DNA from: Chloroflexota bacterium
GTDB taxonomy: Bacteria > Chloroflexota > UBA5177
Direction of reading: 5' to 3'
DNA: 64,000 nt
NCBI GenBank assembly: GCA_025449555.1
Contig: JANWJD010000084.1
Coordinates: 712 to 64,711 of the forward strand
Position 1 is the stretch's first letter. Every line of letters begins with the position of its first letter. Shown piece after piece: positions 9,333 through 18,312 of the stretch. The position numbers were made by a program, and so were the translations under genes. The notes beneath the pieces are model-generated. The model did not search any database, was not told the DNA's origin, and saw nothing but the letters and a program-made list of their open reading frames with translations.

Positions 9333-10673
9333 TGCAGCGCGAAACTGTATGGTTGCAGCGCGGCCGCCGGTTAACCCCGTCTGCAAGTTTCCGATCGCAC
9401 TCATCGCAATAGTCACGCTGCCACGGCCCGGGGCATACGAGCCAATATGCACGGTCACGCCGTGATTTTGATCGTGCTTTAGCCACCGAACAGTGTTGCC
9501 AAGGGGTGCACCGGGGGTGCTGAAGACTGCTGCCAGGCGAACGCTGGATGGGGCGGACATCTGAATGGTGACTGGTAAACCTGGCGGAGCGCTGAACCGC
9601 ATGTACCCCTGTGTCCACGGCTGCAACACCACTGCGTCGTGTCCGGTGGCCGGCGTTTCGAACGGAAAGCTCGTCACTGTCGGGTAGGTCGATCGGGGTG
9701 ACACGAAGTGATTGCGCAGTATCCCCCTGTATCCGTAGAGCCCAGCATCGTTCAAGACCTGCGCCACGGACCAGTGGGCAAAGGCATCAACGCAGGTTCC
9801 ACGTTTCTCGCGACGCAACACGGCGTCGATTCCGCGCATGCCGGACTGGCGATTGCGTACGAGGTCGCGCGTAAATCGCGGTCCGTACTGCCCGGCGAGA
9901 TAGGCTACAAACATTCCGGCCCGGCCGTACGAGACCGGTCCGAACTGGCGCAAAAACTCAGCACTCTCAGTCATCGAAGTCAGTGGCCAGCCTGGGTCGG
10001 AGGCGGCAGCCTCCAGGCGCAGTTGGTCACGTGGAGTCCAGAACCCATTCGCCAGCTGGGCATAAAAAGAGAGCCCTTCATTCAGCCACACCTGCTGCGG
10101 CGCTACACCTCTATCGAGCACTCGAATCCGGAAATCGATCAGGTGCTGTAGTTCGTGCGCAAGTGCCTCTTGCACATCAGCCATTCTGTTCGGGTCCGGC
10201 ATGGACACAAGCGAACGCACGTACAGAAAATTGCCGTGGTTGGAATGCGCAGCCACGCCCGGCGCTGGAGCCAGGTCGCTTTCATTGAAGTACCCAAAGG
10301 TCGTTCCACTGAACGGGGCCATGACAATGGTCACCGCGTGCAAGCCGCGCGGTGCACCAAAATCCTGTATATCAGTGGGGAATATGCGTTTGTCGAAGGC
10401 ATGGATCAAGACCTCGGCCTCGCGCGGCGCCAGTTGAGACTGACCGCAGTTGAAAACGGTAGCGCGCGTGCCCACTGCGACCTGATCGCATGCAATGCGC
10501 TTATAAACACCATTGTCCACCACCCAGAACGTCCTTTCCGGCTCTGAGGCACGAACGGGCACTGCAGGAGAAATCACTCCCGTCCAGAGCACCGCGCCCG
10601 TGATTGCGGCAACGACGGCCCAGTGTACGGCCCGACGGCACGCTCGAAAAATATGCCCGATCCTCACCAACAC
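9255..10673 (-). CDS. secreted zinc metalloprotease (gluzincin: HELQH...E)
   Basis: HELQHLIDF HExxH motif with Glu 23 aa downstream (NEGLSFY); predicted signal peptide (RR...AVVAAITGAVLWTGVISPAVPVRA|SEPE) if started at GTG/TTG near 10673; the ORF to 10892 runs through two REP copies and ends 14 bp from the mnmG start. Confidence 0.6.
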   Translation of the reverse strand: MLVRIGHIFRACRRAVHWAVVAAITGAVLWTGVISPAVPVRASEPERTFWVVDNGVYKRIACDQVAVGTRATVFNCGQSQLAPREAEVLIHAFDKRIFPTDIQDFGAPRGLHAVTIVMAPFSGTTFGYFNESDLAPAPGVAAHSNHGNFLYVRSLVSMPDPNRMADVQEALAHELQHLIDFRIRVLDRGVAPQQVWLNEGLSFYAQLANGFWTPRDQLRLEAAASDPGWPLTSMTESAEFLRQFGPVSYGRAGMFVAYLAGQYGPRFTRDLVRNRQSGMRGIDAVLRREKRGTCVDAFAHWSVAQVLNDAGLYGYRGILRNHFVSPRSTYPTVTSFPFETPATGHDAVVLQPWTQGYMRFSAPPGLPVTIQMSAPSSVRLAAVFSTPGAPLGNTVRWLKHDQNHGVTVHIGSYAPGRGSVTIAMSAIGNLQTGLTGGRAATIQFRAASIYPRHDKGMSRTTPSTRPNANIVI

Positions 10674-10682
10674 ACCCGCCAA

Positions 10683-10789
10683 CCGTCGTAGCGTCGCCCC
10701 TTGTGGGCGACCCCCGGTTGGCGCCGACCCGCCTGGCCAATCCCGCATCCGTAGCGTCGCCCCTCGTGGGCGACCCCCGGTTGGCGCCG
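10683..10789. repeat. two tandem copies of REP-like palindromic repeat family 1 in the divergent metalloprotease/mnmG intergenic region
   Basis: CCGT(CG)TAGCGTCGCCCCT(T/C)GTGGGCGACCCCCGGTTGGCGCCG at 10683-10726 and 10749-10789; hairpin GTCGCCC-CTTGT-GGGCGAC. Confidence 0.85.
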
Positions 10790-10905
10790 CGCAACGACAT
10801 GGGAGACGTTCCAATCGACTCTCCACCGACAACGTCCTCAGACCGGAACCATCATACAAGGCGCCCTGGAACTCCCACCCGGGTTGGTACAATCATGCCA
10901 CTGCT

Positions 10906-12912
10906 ATGAACGATTATCGCTCCCCACCTTCGCCTGCTTCTTCCGACTCGTATGACGTCATCGTGGTGGGTACGGGCCACGCCGGATGCGAGGCTGCTCT
11001 CGCCGCCGCGCGTATCGGCTGTCGCACCGTCGCCTTCACCATGAACCTCGACAACATAGCTCTCATGCCCTGTAATCCCTCGGTGGGCGGCCCGGGCAAA
11101 GCCCATCTGGTGCGAGAAATAGACGCCCTGGGTGGAGAGATGGGCCGAAACACCGACCGCACCAGCGTCCAGATCAGGATGCTCAACACCAGCAAGGGGC
11201 CCGCTGTCCAGGCCCTACGGGCACAGAGCGACAAACGGGCCTACTCTCAATCGATGAAGTCGGTCCTCGAAGAGCAGCCGCGGTTGGATGTAAAGCAAGC
11301 AGTGGTCGACGATCTCATCATCGAACACGATCAGGGCGTACCGCACGTGGCGGGTATCATCACTAGCACCGGCACACGGTACTTCGCCCGCGCCGTCGTG
11401 TTGACCACCGGCACGTTCCTCAAAGGACGAATCATAATCGGAGAGCAGTCATATCCGGCGGGTCGCGCCGGTGAGTTTCCCGCCGACAGTCTGTCCGGCT
11501 CCCTGGCCCGTTGCTCGTTCCGACTCGGACGCCTCAAAACGGGAACGCCGCCGCGTATCGACGGCCGGACCATCGACTACAGCCTCACGTCGTTGCAGCG
11601 TGGTAGCGACTCGCCCCTTTTTTTCAGCCACGATGCTCGCGAGGCGTATCGGAATGCTCGCATGTCGTCTCCCGATGCCCGGGCGCCCATCGCCGACTTC
11701 GAAGCCGCGCGGCACGGGTCCGATCCAGCGTGGCGATCACAGCTCCCCTGTCACCTGGTTCAAACCACGCAGGAAACCCACGACATCATTCGAGCCAACC
11801 TGCATCTGGCGCCCATGTACAACGGCGGGATTACAAGTGTCGGTCCGCGCTACTGTCCCTCGATCGAGACCAAGATCGTTCGCTTTGCCGAAAAGCAGTC
11901 TCATCTGCTCTTTCTAGAACCCGAAGGCTGGAAGACGAGAGAGGTATACGTGCAGGGAGCAAACACCAGCCTGCCGGAAGACGTGCAGGGCGCCATGCTG
12001 CGCAGTATTCCAGCGCTGCGTCGCTGTGAGGTCATGCGCGCCGGATACGCCATCGAATATGACTACCTGCCCGGTACGCAGGTCTATCATTCACTCGAGT
12101 CAAAGCCGCTTCGAAACCTCTATCTTGCCGGCCAGATCATCGGCACCACCGGCTACGAAGAAGCGGGGGCACTCGGCATCATGGCCGGTATCAACGCGGC
12201 CCGGCGTGCTCGATCGCAAGACGAAGTGGTGTTGCGGCGCGATCAGGCCTACATCGGGGTACTGATCGACGATCTTGTCACCAAGGAAATGGACGAACCG
12301 TATCGGATGCACACGTCACAGGCTGAGTTCCGGTTGCTCTTGCGCCAGGACAATGCCGAAGAGCGGCTCGGTGCCCTGGCGTTTGATCTCGGCCTGGTCG
12401 ACGAACAGCGCCACCGCCGGCTCGAGGACCGTCGACGACAGATCGAGACGATTGTCAGCGGTCTCGACGATTCGTGGCTCCGGTTTGACCGCGAGACCAC
12501 CCGGCGACTGGACGTGCTGGGCTGCCGGCCGACCAGGCAGAACGTGCGCGCGCGCGACTTCCTCTGCCGTACGGACGTGCACATCGGCATGCTGCAGGAA
12601 CTGGGGCTCGTGCCGTCCGAACTTTCCGACGAGGTGGCTCGTGAGGTCGAGACTGCGGTGAAGTACGCGGGTTACGTGGCTCGCCAGGAAGGCGAGGTGA
12701 AACGCCTGCGCCGCCTCGAGGATCGGGTGATTCCTCCTGACGTACAGTACGACTCGGTCCGCGGCTTGCGCGCCGAAACGATGGAACGATTGTCCAGAAT
12801 TCAACCGCGAACCATCGGGCACGCTTCTCGGATTGCAGGAGTAACCGCGTCTGACATTTCCGTTCTCCTGGTCCATCTGGAGCAGATTCGCCGTCAACCT
12901 GTGCAAGGGTAA
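10906..12912 (+). CDS. mnmG: tRNA uridine-5-carboxymethylaminomethyl(34) synthesis enzyme MnmG (GidA)
   Basis: SYDVIVVGTGHAGCEAALAAAR FAD-binding N-terminus and full-length MnmG similarity; ATG at 10906; the upstream ORF part from 10513 crosses the repeat elements. Confidence 0.92.
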   Translation: MNDYRSPPSPASSDSYDVIVVGTGHAGCEAALAAARIGCRTVAFTMNLDNIALMPCNPSVGGPGKAHLVREIDALGGEMGRNTDRTSVQIRMLNTSKGPAVQALRAQSDKRAYSQSMKSVLEEQPRLDVKQAVVDDLIIEHDQGVPHVAGIITSTGTRYFARAVVLTTGTFLKGRIIIGEQSYPAGRAGEFPADSLSGSLARCSFRLGRLKTGTPPRIDGRTIDYSLTSLQRGSDSPLFFSHDAREAYRNARMSSPDARAPIADFEAARHGSDPAWRSQLPCHLVQTTQETHDIIRANLHLAPMYNGGITSVGPRYCPSIETKIVRFAEKQSHLLFLEPEGWKTREVYVQGANTSLPEDVQGAMLRSIPALRRCEVMRAGYAIEYDYLPGTQVYHSLESKPLRNLYLAGQIIGTTGYEEAGALGIMAGINAARRARSQDEVVLRRDQAYIGVLIDDLVTKEMDEPYRMHTSQAEFRLLLRQDNAEERLGALAFDLGLVDEQRHRRLEDRRRQIETIVSGLDDSWLRFDRETTRRLDVLGCRPTRQNVRARDFLCRTDVHIGMLQELGLVPSELSDEVAREVETAVKYAGYVARQEGEVKRLRRLEDRVIPPDVQYDSVRGLRAETMERLSRIQPRTIGHASRIAGVTASDISVLLVHLEQIRRQPVQG

Positions 12913-12915
12913 GCG

Positions 12916-13338
12916 GTGCGGGCGCAGGTCGTGCTGCTGCGTGACGGCCACATCTTGATGGTGCGCCATTCGCACGCCGACCGCGCATATTGGGTTCTTC
13001 CTGGTGGCGCGGTCGAACCTGACGAGGACGTCGCTGCTGCCGCCGTGCGCGAGGTTCTGGAGGAGACCGGCCTCTCGATTTCACTCGAACGGTTACTCTT
13101 CGTCGACGGTCCGCGTGTGGTGGGCGACCATGCCATTAAACAGCCGCGCTACACCTACCTGGGGCGCATCGTTGGCGGCGAGTTACAACAGATTGTGGAC
13201 CCTCGCGGCGGAAATCCGGGGAAAGGCTGCCTCACCGGCGCAATGTGGAAACCGTTCGACTGCACAGACTTCGACGCGGCCACGCGCGACACACTCCGGC
13301 TGGTCGCCCGTTCACTCGACTTCAGGGCCGAACAATAA
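12916..13338 (+). CDS. NUDIX hydrolase
   Basis: NUDIX box GGAVEPDEDVAAAAVREVLEETGL; GTG start 4 nt after mnmG stop. Confidence 0.75.
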   Translation: MRAQVVLLRDGHILMVRHSHADRAYWVLPGGAVEPDEDVAAAAVREVLEETGLSISLERLLFVDGPRVVGDHAIKQPRYTYLGRIVGGELQQIVDPRGGNPGKGCLTGAMWKPFDCTDFDAATRDTLRLVARSLDFRAEQ

Positions 13339-13437
13339 CCCAGTCCCGCCTTGGGCTTGACTTCCGCCCTCAGACCTGGACGGATTCAGCCGACCATCGC
13401 TACAATTCGTTCCTCATCGCCACAACTCTCGGCGATA

Positions 13438-13471
13438 TTCGTAGGGGACGGCCCCCGCGCCGTCCCACCGG
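13438..13471. repeat. GC-rich hairpin repeat family 2 (copy 2), between convergent NUDIX and AKR genes
   Basis: TTCGTAGGGGACGGCCCCCGCGCCGTCCCACCGG. Confidence 0.7.
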
Positions 13472-13686
13472 TATTGTATGAGGGGACCAGAGCAGATCAC
13501 CACGCCGGGCGATCCCTACCTATATCAGAGAATGTCAAGATGGCCTCACCGGTTGCTTCCGGCGTGGCGCCGCGAAGCGGCATGGGAGACTCCATCGCCG
13601 AGGCCTGTCGATCCTCAGGCATAGACGTTTCGAAAACACTTCCATCGCCACTATGCGACATGCTTGACTGATAGGCGACTCCGTAC

Positions 13687-14562
13687 TCATCCAGCAATGC
13701 TGTCCAGCTCTACCACGTCGTACTCCGACAGGGTCAGCGCAGCTCCGGCAACGTTCTCACGCAGATGTGCCACAGACGATGTGCCGGGAATGAGCAGGAT
13801 GTTCGGGGAGCGCTGCAGCAGCCACGCCAGGGCGACGGCGATCGGTATGGTGTTGAGCCGGGTGGCGACCGATGCCAGTGTCCCTGATTGCAGTGGGGAG
13901 AACCCACCGAGCGGGAAGTAGGGCACATAGGCGATTCCCTGGGCCGACAGTGAGTCGATCAAGGCATCGTCGACTCGATGGACCAGGTTGTAGAAATTCT
14001 GTACGCATACGATCGGCGCGATGGACTGTGCTTCCTCGATCTGCTCGGCAGAGACGGTACTGATACCGAGCTGCCTGATCAATCCCTCGTGCCGCATCTG
14101 CGCCAGCGCGGTGAACGGTGCGGCGATCGAATCAGGATCTGGGCTGCCGAATCCCCCGACGCGCAGATTGACGACCTCGAGCACGTCGAGGCCGAGGTTG
14201 TCCAGATTGTCGCGCACCGCCCGGCGCAGCTGCTCAGGAGACCGCGCATGCGGCCAGCCGCCCTCGGCGTCACGTGACGCTCCGACCTTCGTGACAATGT
14301 GCAATGAGTCCGGGTAGGGGTGCAGGGCTTCCTTGATGATCTGGTTGGTCACATGTGGGCCGTAGTAGTCGCTGGTGTCGATGTGCGTGATGCCCATGTC
14401 CACCGCTTCGCGCAGGACGGCGATCGCGGCGTCGCGGTCCCTGGGTGGCCCGAAGACGCCGGGACCCGCCAGCTGCATCGCGCCGTACCCCATCCGAGTA
14501 ACCGTCAAACCCTCCGCCATGGTGAACGTTCCACCGGGAAGTGTCGTCATTGCCATGAGCAT
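13687..14562 (-). CDS. aldo/keto reductase
   Basis: AKR-family similarity (GYGAMQL, IDTSDYYG); start chosen at MLMAMTT (14562) behind GAGGAAAGG. Confidence 0.85.
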   Translation of the reverse strand: MLMAMTTLPGGTFTMAEGLTVTRMGYGAMQLAGPGVFGPPRDRDAAIAVLREAVDMGITHIDTSDYYGPHVTNQIIKEALHPYPDSLHIVTKVGASRDAEGGWPHARSPEQLRRAVRDNLDNLGLDVLEVVNLRVGGFGSPDPDSIAAPFTALAQMRHEGLIRQLGISTVSAEQIEEAQSIAPIVCVQNFYNLVHRVDDALIDSLSAQGIAYVPYFPLGGFSPLQSGTLASVATRLNTIPIAVALAWLLQRSPNILLIPGTSSVAHLRENVAGAALTLSEYDVVELDSIAG

Positions 14563-14722
14563 TCCTTTCCTCGTTTTCAAAGCGCCGTGAGAGGGACACG
14601 CCACGTCCCTCGGGCGACTGCGTCAACCTCTGATGATTCCATAGTCCACCAAATGTCTCCACGCGTGAGCTCGCCCGTCCCCCTCTCCTGCGCCGCGGGG
14701 GAGGGGCTAGGGGAGGGGGTCT

Positions 14723-17700
14723 CTACGCCCCCAGCAGACGCGGTTGGTACGCGCGCACGGTCAGCGGCTTCGTATCCAGTTCGGCCACATCGTTCAGTCG
14801 CCAGATCCGCCTGGCCAGCAGCGAGGTGACGTATCGCTCCCGCTGGATCGTCCCCTCGATGATGAGCGACGAGCTGCCATTGACGACGAGACGGTAGTCG
14901 CGATACACGTTCGGAAAGACCGCAACCGGCAGTTCACCCTCTTCGTCGGCCAGCACGAGAAATGTCATCCCCTTGGCAGTCGGAGGCTGCTGGCGGCTGA
15001 TGACGATACCGGCTGTTCGCACCAGCGCACCGGGCGCTCGACCCTCGAGCTGTCCGATGGACAGGACCCGCGCGCGTTGGAGCGAGCGGCGATAAAACGA
15101 CATGATGCTGTACCGGGCTGATGCTCCCTGCAGCGTAAAGTCGATGCCGGCGACATCCAGTTCCGTCAACGGTGGCAGCTCCGGCAGGGCCGCGTCCTCC
15201 GTGCGCAGCAGGGAACGCGTGTGCGTTTCCTGATTGCGGGGCACGGTCTGCACCACCTCCTCCAGTTGCCACAGGAGCGCTCGACGGTTGAGGCCGAGGG
15301 TATCGAATGCGCCGACGGCGATCAGGTTCTCCGCCGCGTCCCGATGTGTGGAAGTCCGGCGCCAGAAATCGGTAAACGACGAGAAGGATCGGCGACCGCG
15401 CGCCTGGACGATTTCGTCCGCCGTCTCCTCGGTTATTCCCTTGACCTGCATCAGACCCATGCGAATCGCTCCGTGTTCCACGGCATACCGGGCAACGCTT
15501 CGATTTATGTCAACCGGCAGCACCCGTATCCCCCATTTGCGCGCTTCCTCGATCACGGTTTGGGTTGGGTAGTAACAACACGGCTCATTCGAAAGAATGG
15601 CGGCCAGAAATTCCGCCGGGTAATACACCTTGAGAAAGGCGGTCTGATACACCGTCTTGGCAAATGCGGCGGCATGGCTCCGACAGAAACCGTACCCCGA
15701 GAAATACGCAATGGCCTCATACATGTCTTTTGCTAACTCTCGATCGCGTCCACCCTTCACCGCGCTTTCGACGAATGCATCGCGACATACGTCCATCTGC
15801 GTCTCGGTCCGGTAATGCGACATGGCCCGGCGTAGCCCGTCGGCATCCGCATACGACAGTCCCGCGAAATCGTGCGCCACCTGCAATACCTGCTCCTGGA
15901 AGATCACGACTCCCAGCGTGTCGCGGAGACATCTCTCCAGGCTCGGATGTGGATAGGTCACCTGCTGCCGCCCCAACCGGCGCTCGACGTAGGGATCCAC
16001 CATCCCGCCCTGGAGTGGTCCGGGACGAAACAGCGCGATCTGGATAATCAGGTCGCCGAAGGTGCGGGGCTGTGAACGTGCCAGCAGCGCCCACTGCCCT
16101 GGGCTCTCTACCTGAAAGATGCCGATGGTTTTTGAGGAGCAAATCAGATCGTAAATCGCCGGATCGTCCAGCAGGAGATCGTCGATCGGCACGGTGATCC
16201 CCCGACTCCGCTCGATCCCGCGGACCGCCTCGTCGACGATGGAAAGCGTTCGAAGTCCGAGGATATCGAACTTGATCAATCCCAGCAGCTCGACATCATC
16301 CTTGTTGAACTGGCAGACACGTACCCCACTGGTCGCATACTCCAGCGGCACGACGTCGACCAATGGCTCCGCGGTGATCAGCATCCCGCCGTTGTGCAGT
16401 GAGAGATGGCGCGGGTAGCCATCCAACTGCTCGCACAGTTCGAGCACCATACTCAACGGCGTCCCTCCTGCTGCCACATCTAGTGCACGTCCAGGTGGGA
16501 TGGTGGGCACTGGCTTGTCCACGCTCGCTACGGGTCCGTCCTGTAGGGCGGGGCCGCGAAGCAGTGCCCCGCCGCCCCGTTCCATCGCGATTGCAGAACC
16601 TCCACGTTGATCCTGCACTAGGGAACTGTCGCTCTGTGCCGGCACGGGAAGTGACGTCCCGGTGACTGCTCCCGCCAGCTCCAGTTCTTCGCGCATGTGG
16701 CTGACCCCTCGATAACTGAGTTTCCCGGCCAGGTGGTCGATCAGCGATGGAGAAAAACCCATGGCCTTCGCCACATCTCGAAAGGCGGAACGTGAGCGGT
16801 AGGTAATGACGTTCGCCACCATGGCGGCATGCTCGGTGGTGTAGCGTTCCTGGATATAGGTAATAACCTCATCACGCCGTCGCGAGTCAAAGTCGATATC
16901 GACATCGGGCATTCCGACGCGACCTGGATTGAGAAAGCGCTCGAACAGGAGATTGTTCGCCAGTGGATCGACCGCGGTAATACCCAGCACGTAGGCCACG
17001 ATCGAATCGGCGGCCGATCCCCGACCGGCACACCGGATCCCGCGCTCCCGAGAAAAACGGACGATATCCCATACGCAGAGGAAAAACGAGGCAAGTCCCA
17101 TCTCCTCAATCACCGAAAGCTCGTGCGCCAGTTGTTTGCTCACCGCGGGTGTCAGTGGACGGTAGAGCCGGCGAACTCCTTCCTGACAGAGTCGATAGAG
17201 CTGAGAGAAGGCGGTTTCCCCTTCCGGCACCGGGAAATCCGGCGGACGGCAGGTGACGGCCAGCAGCTCGAGATTGCAGGAATCGGCTATTTCCTCGGAA
17301 GCGGCGGCACAGGCGTCGAATACCTCGTCAGGCAAGCCAAAGGTGGCTCGCATCTCCTCCGCCGACTTGAGGTAGTACTCGCCGTTGGGGTGCCGCACCT
17401 CGCTCCATTCGTCCAGGGTGGTCCGTGTCCCGATGCATGCCATGACATCGCGCACGCGGTATTCATCGGGATGGGCGTAATGAACGTCGTTGGCAATGGT
17501 GCAGCCTACCCCCGTGCTCGCCGCCACGTCTCGCAGCGCGTCGACCAGCGCAGTATCGTCCGGCAGGAGATGATGCTCGAGTTCGATCCAGAAGTCGCGG
17601 CCGAAGACGGCGAGATAGCGCTCGACCGCCTCGATTGCCCCCGCTCTGTCGCCTTTCAGCAGGAGTGACGGAATCTCGCCACGACGGCAACCGGACAGCG

Positions 17701-18073
17701 CGATCAAGCCTCCGGCATGAGCCGCCAGATCGGAGAACGTGATCTGGGGATCGTCCTGGTAGTCAAGCTGCGCTCTGGTGACGATGCGGCAAAGATTGCC
17801 GTAACCACTCCGGTCATCTGCCCGCAGTAGCAGGTGCGGGTTGGCGTTCGCATCGTCCGGCCCTTCTATTCGGAGGCGTATCTCCACCCCGACAATGGGC
17901 TTGATACCATGCGCCCGAGCGGCGTGAATGAAGCGGACTATGCCATACAGCCCGTGATGATCGGTGAGCGCGAGCGCGGACATGCTCAGATCTCGGGCTC
18001 GGCGGAGGAGACGATCGGGCGGAGATGCACCATCCAGAAAGCTGAAATTGCTATGAACGTGAAGCTGGATCAT
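14723..18073 (-). CDS. dnaE2: error-prone DNA polymerase DnaE2 (ImuC), PHP + Pol III alpha core
   Basis: 1116 aa; N-terminal PHP motif HVHSNFSFLDGAS; second Pol III alpha paralog in the window; directly follows imuB with the same LexA-box-controlled arrangement. Confidence 0.85.
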   Translation of the reverse strand: MIQLHVHSNFSFLDGASPPDRLLRRARDLSMSALALTDHHGLYGIVRFIHAARAHGIKPIVGVEIRLRIEGPDDANANPHLLLRADDRSGYGNLCRIVTRAQLDYQDDPQITFSDLAAHAGGLIALSGCRRGEIPSLLLKGDRAGAIEAVERYLAVFGRDFWIELEHHLLPDDTALVDALRDVAASTGVGCTIANDVHYAHPDEYRVRDVMACIGTRTTLDEWSEVRHPNGEYYLKSAEEMRATFGLPDEVFDACAAASEEIADSCNLELLAVTCRPPDFPVPEGETAFSQLYRLCQEGVRRLYRPLTPAVSKQLAHELSVIEEMGLASFFLCVWDIVRFSRERGIRCAGRGSAADSIVAYVLGITAVDPLANNLLFERFLNPGRVGMPDVDIDFDSRRRDEVITYIQERYTTEHAAMVANVITYRSRSAFRDVAKAMGFSPSLIDHLAGKLSYRGVSHMREELELAGAVTGTSLPVPAQSDSSLVQDQRGGSAIAMERGGGALLRGPALQDGPVASVDKPVPTIPPGRALDVAAGGTPLSMVLELCEQLDGYPRHLSLHNGGMLITAEPLVDVVPLEYATSGVRVCQFNKDDVELLGLIKFDILGLRTLSIVDEAVRGIERSRGITVPIDDLLLDDPAIYDLICSSKTIGIFQVESPGQWALLARSQPRTFGDLIIQIALFRPGPLQGGMVDPYVERRLGRQQVTYPHPSLERCLRDTLGVVIFQEQVLQVAHDFAGLSYADADGLRRAMSHYRTETQMDVCRDAFVESAVKGGRDRELAKDMYEAIAYFSGYGFCRSHAAAFAKTVYQTAFLKVYYPAEFLAAILSNEPCCYYPTQTVIEEARKWGIRVLPVDINRSVARYAVEHGAIRMGLMQVKGITEETADEIVQARGRRSFSSFTDFWRRTSTHRDAAENLIAVGAFDTLGLNRRALLWQLEEVVQTVPRNQETHTRSLLRTEDAALPELPPLTELDVAGIDFTLQGASARYSIMSFYRRSLQRARVLSIGQLEGRAPGALVRTAGIVISRQQPPTAKGMTFLVLADEEGELPVAVFPNVYRDYRLVVNGSSSLIIEGTIQRERYVTSLLARRIWRLNDVAELDTKPLTVRAYQPRLLGA

Positions 18074-18312
18074 CAGTCATAGAGGCGCTCTAGGAACCAT
18101 CTATCCCGCTCGCGGTAGATCTCATACGTTCCCAGGTTGTCGCACTCGACTTTGTAGTACTGGCGCGATACCTCCTGGCGCCACCAATCAGCCTGGACGA
18201 TCCAGCGCTTCAAAATAGCTGTGATGCAATGTGCCTGCCGCCGCCAGGTAAAGATCTGCGGCCGTCCCTCCGCACATTCCACCGTGATCGGGTCGGAATA
18301 CAACCTGGTCAT
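18073..18312 (-). CDS. hypothetical 79-aa protein translationally coupled between imuB and dnaE2
   Basis: ATG overlaps the imuB stop (ATGA); its TGA overlaps the dnaE2 ATG (TGATG); Trp/Arg-rich (WRRQAHCITAILKRWIVQADWWRQEV); no family recognised. Confidence 0.5.
   Translation of the reverse strand: MTRLYSDPITVECAEGRPQIFTWRRQAHCITAILKRWIVQADWWRQEVSRQYYKVECDNLGTYEIYRERDRWFLERLYD

Noticed and set aside
10513-10905. 393-bp N-terminal extension of mnmG, and the 10674-10892 extension of the metalloprotease
   Set aside because: Both extensions run through the REP-like repeats, and the two starts would sit 14 bp apart; MnmG homology begins at the ATG at 10906 and the protease has a good signal peptide from ~10673.
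14680-14722. G/C-rich imperfect inverted repeat (CCCCTCTCC...GGAGGGGG) just downstream of dnaE2
   Set aside because: Stem pairing is imperfect and no U-tract follows; possibly a terminator-like hairpin, but too weak to call.
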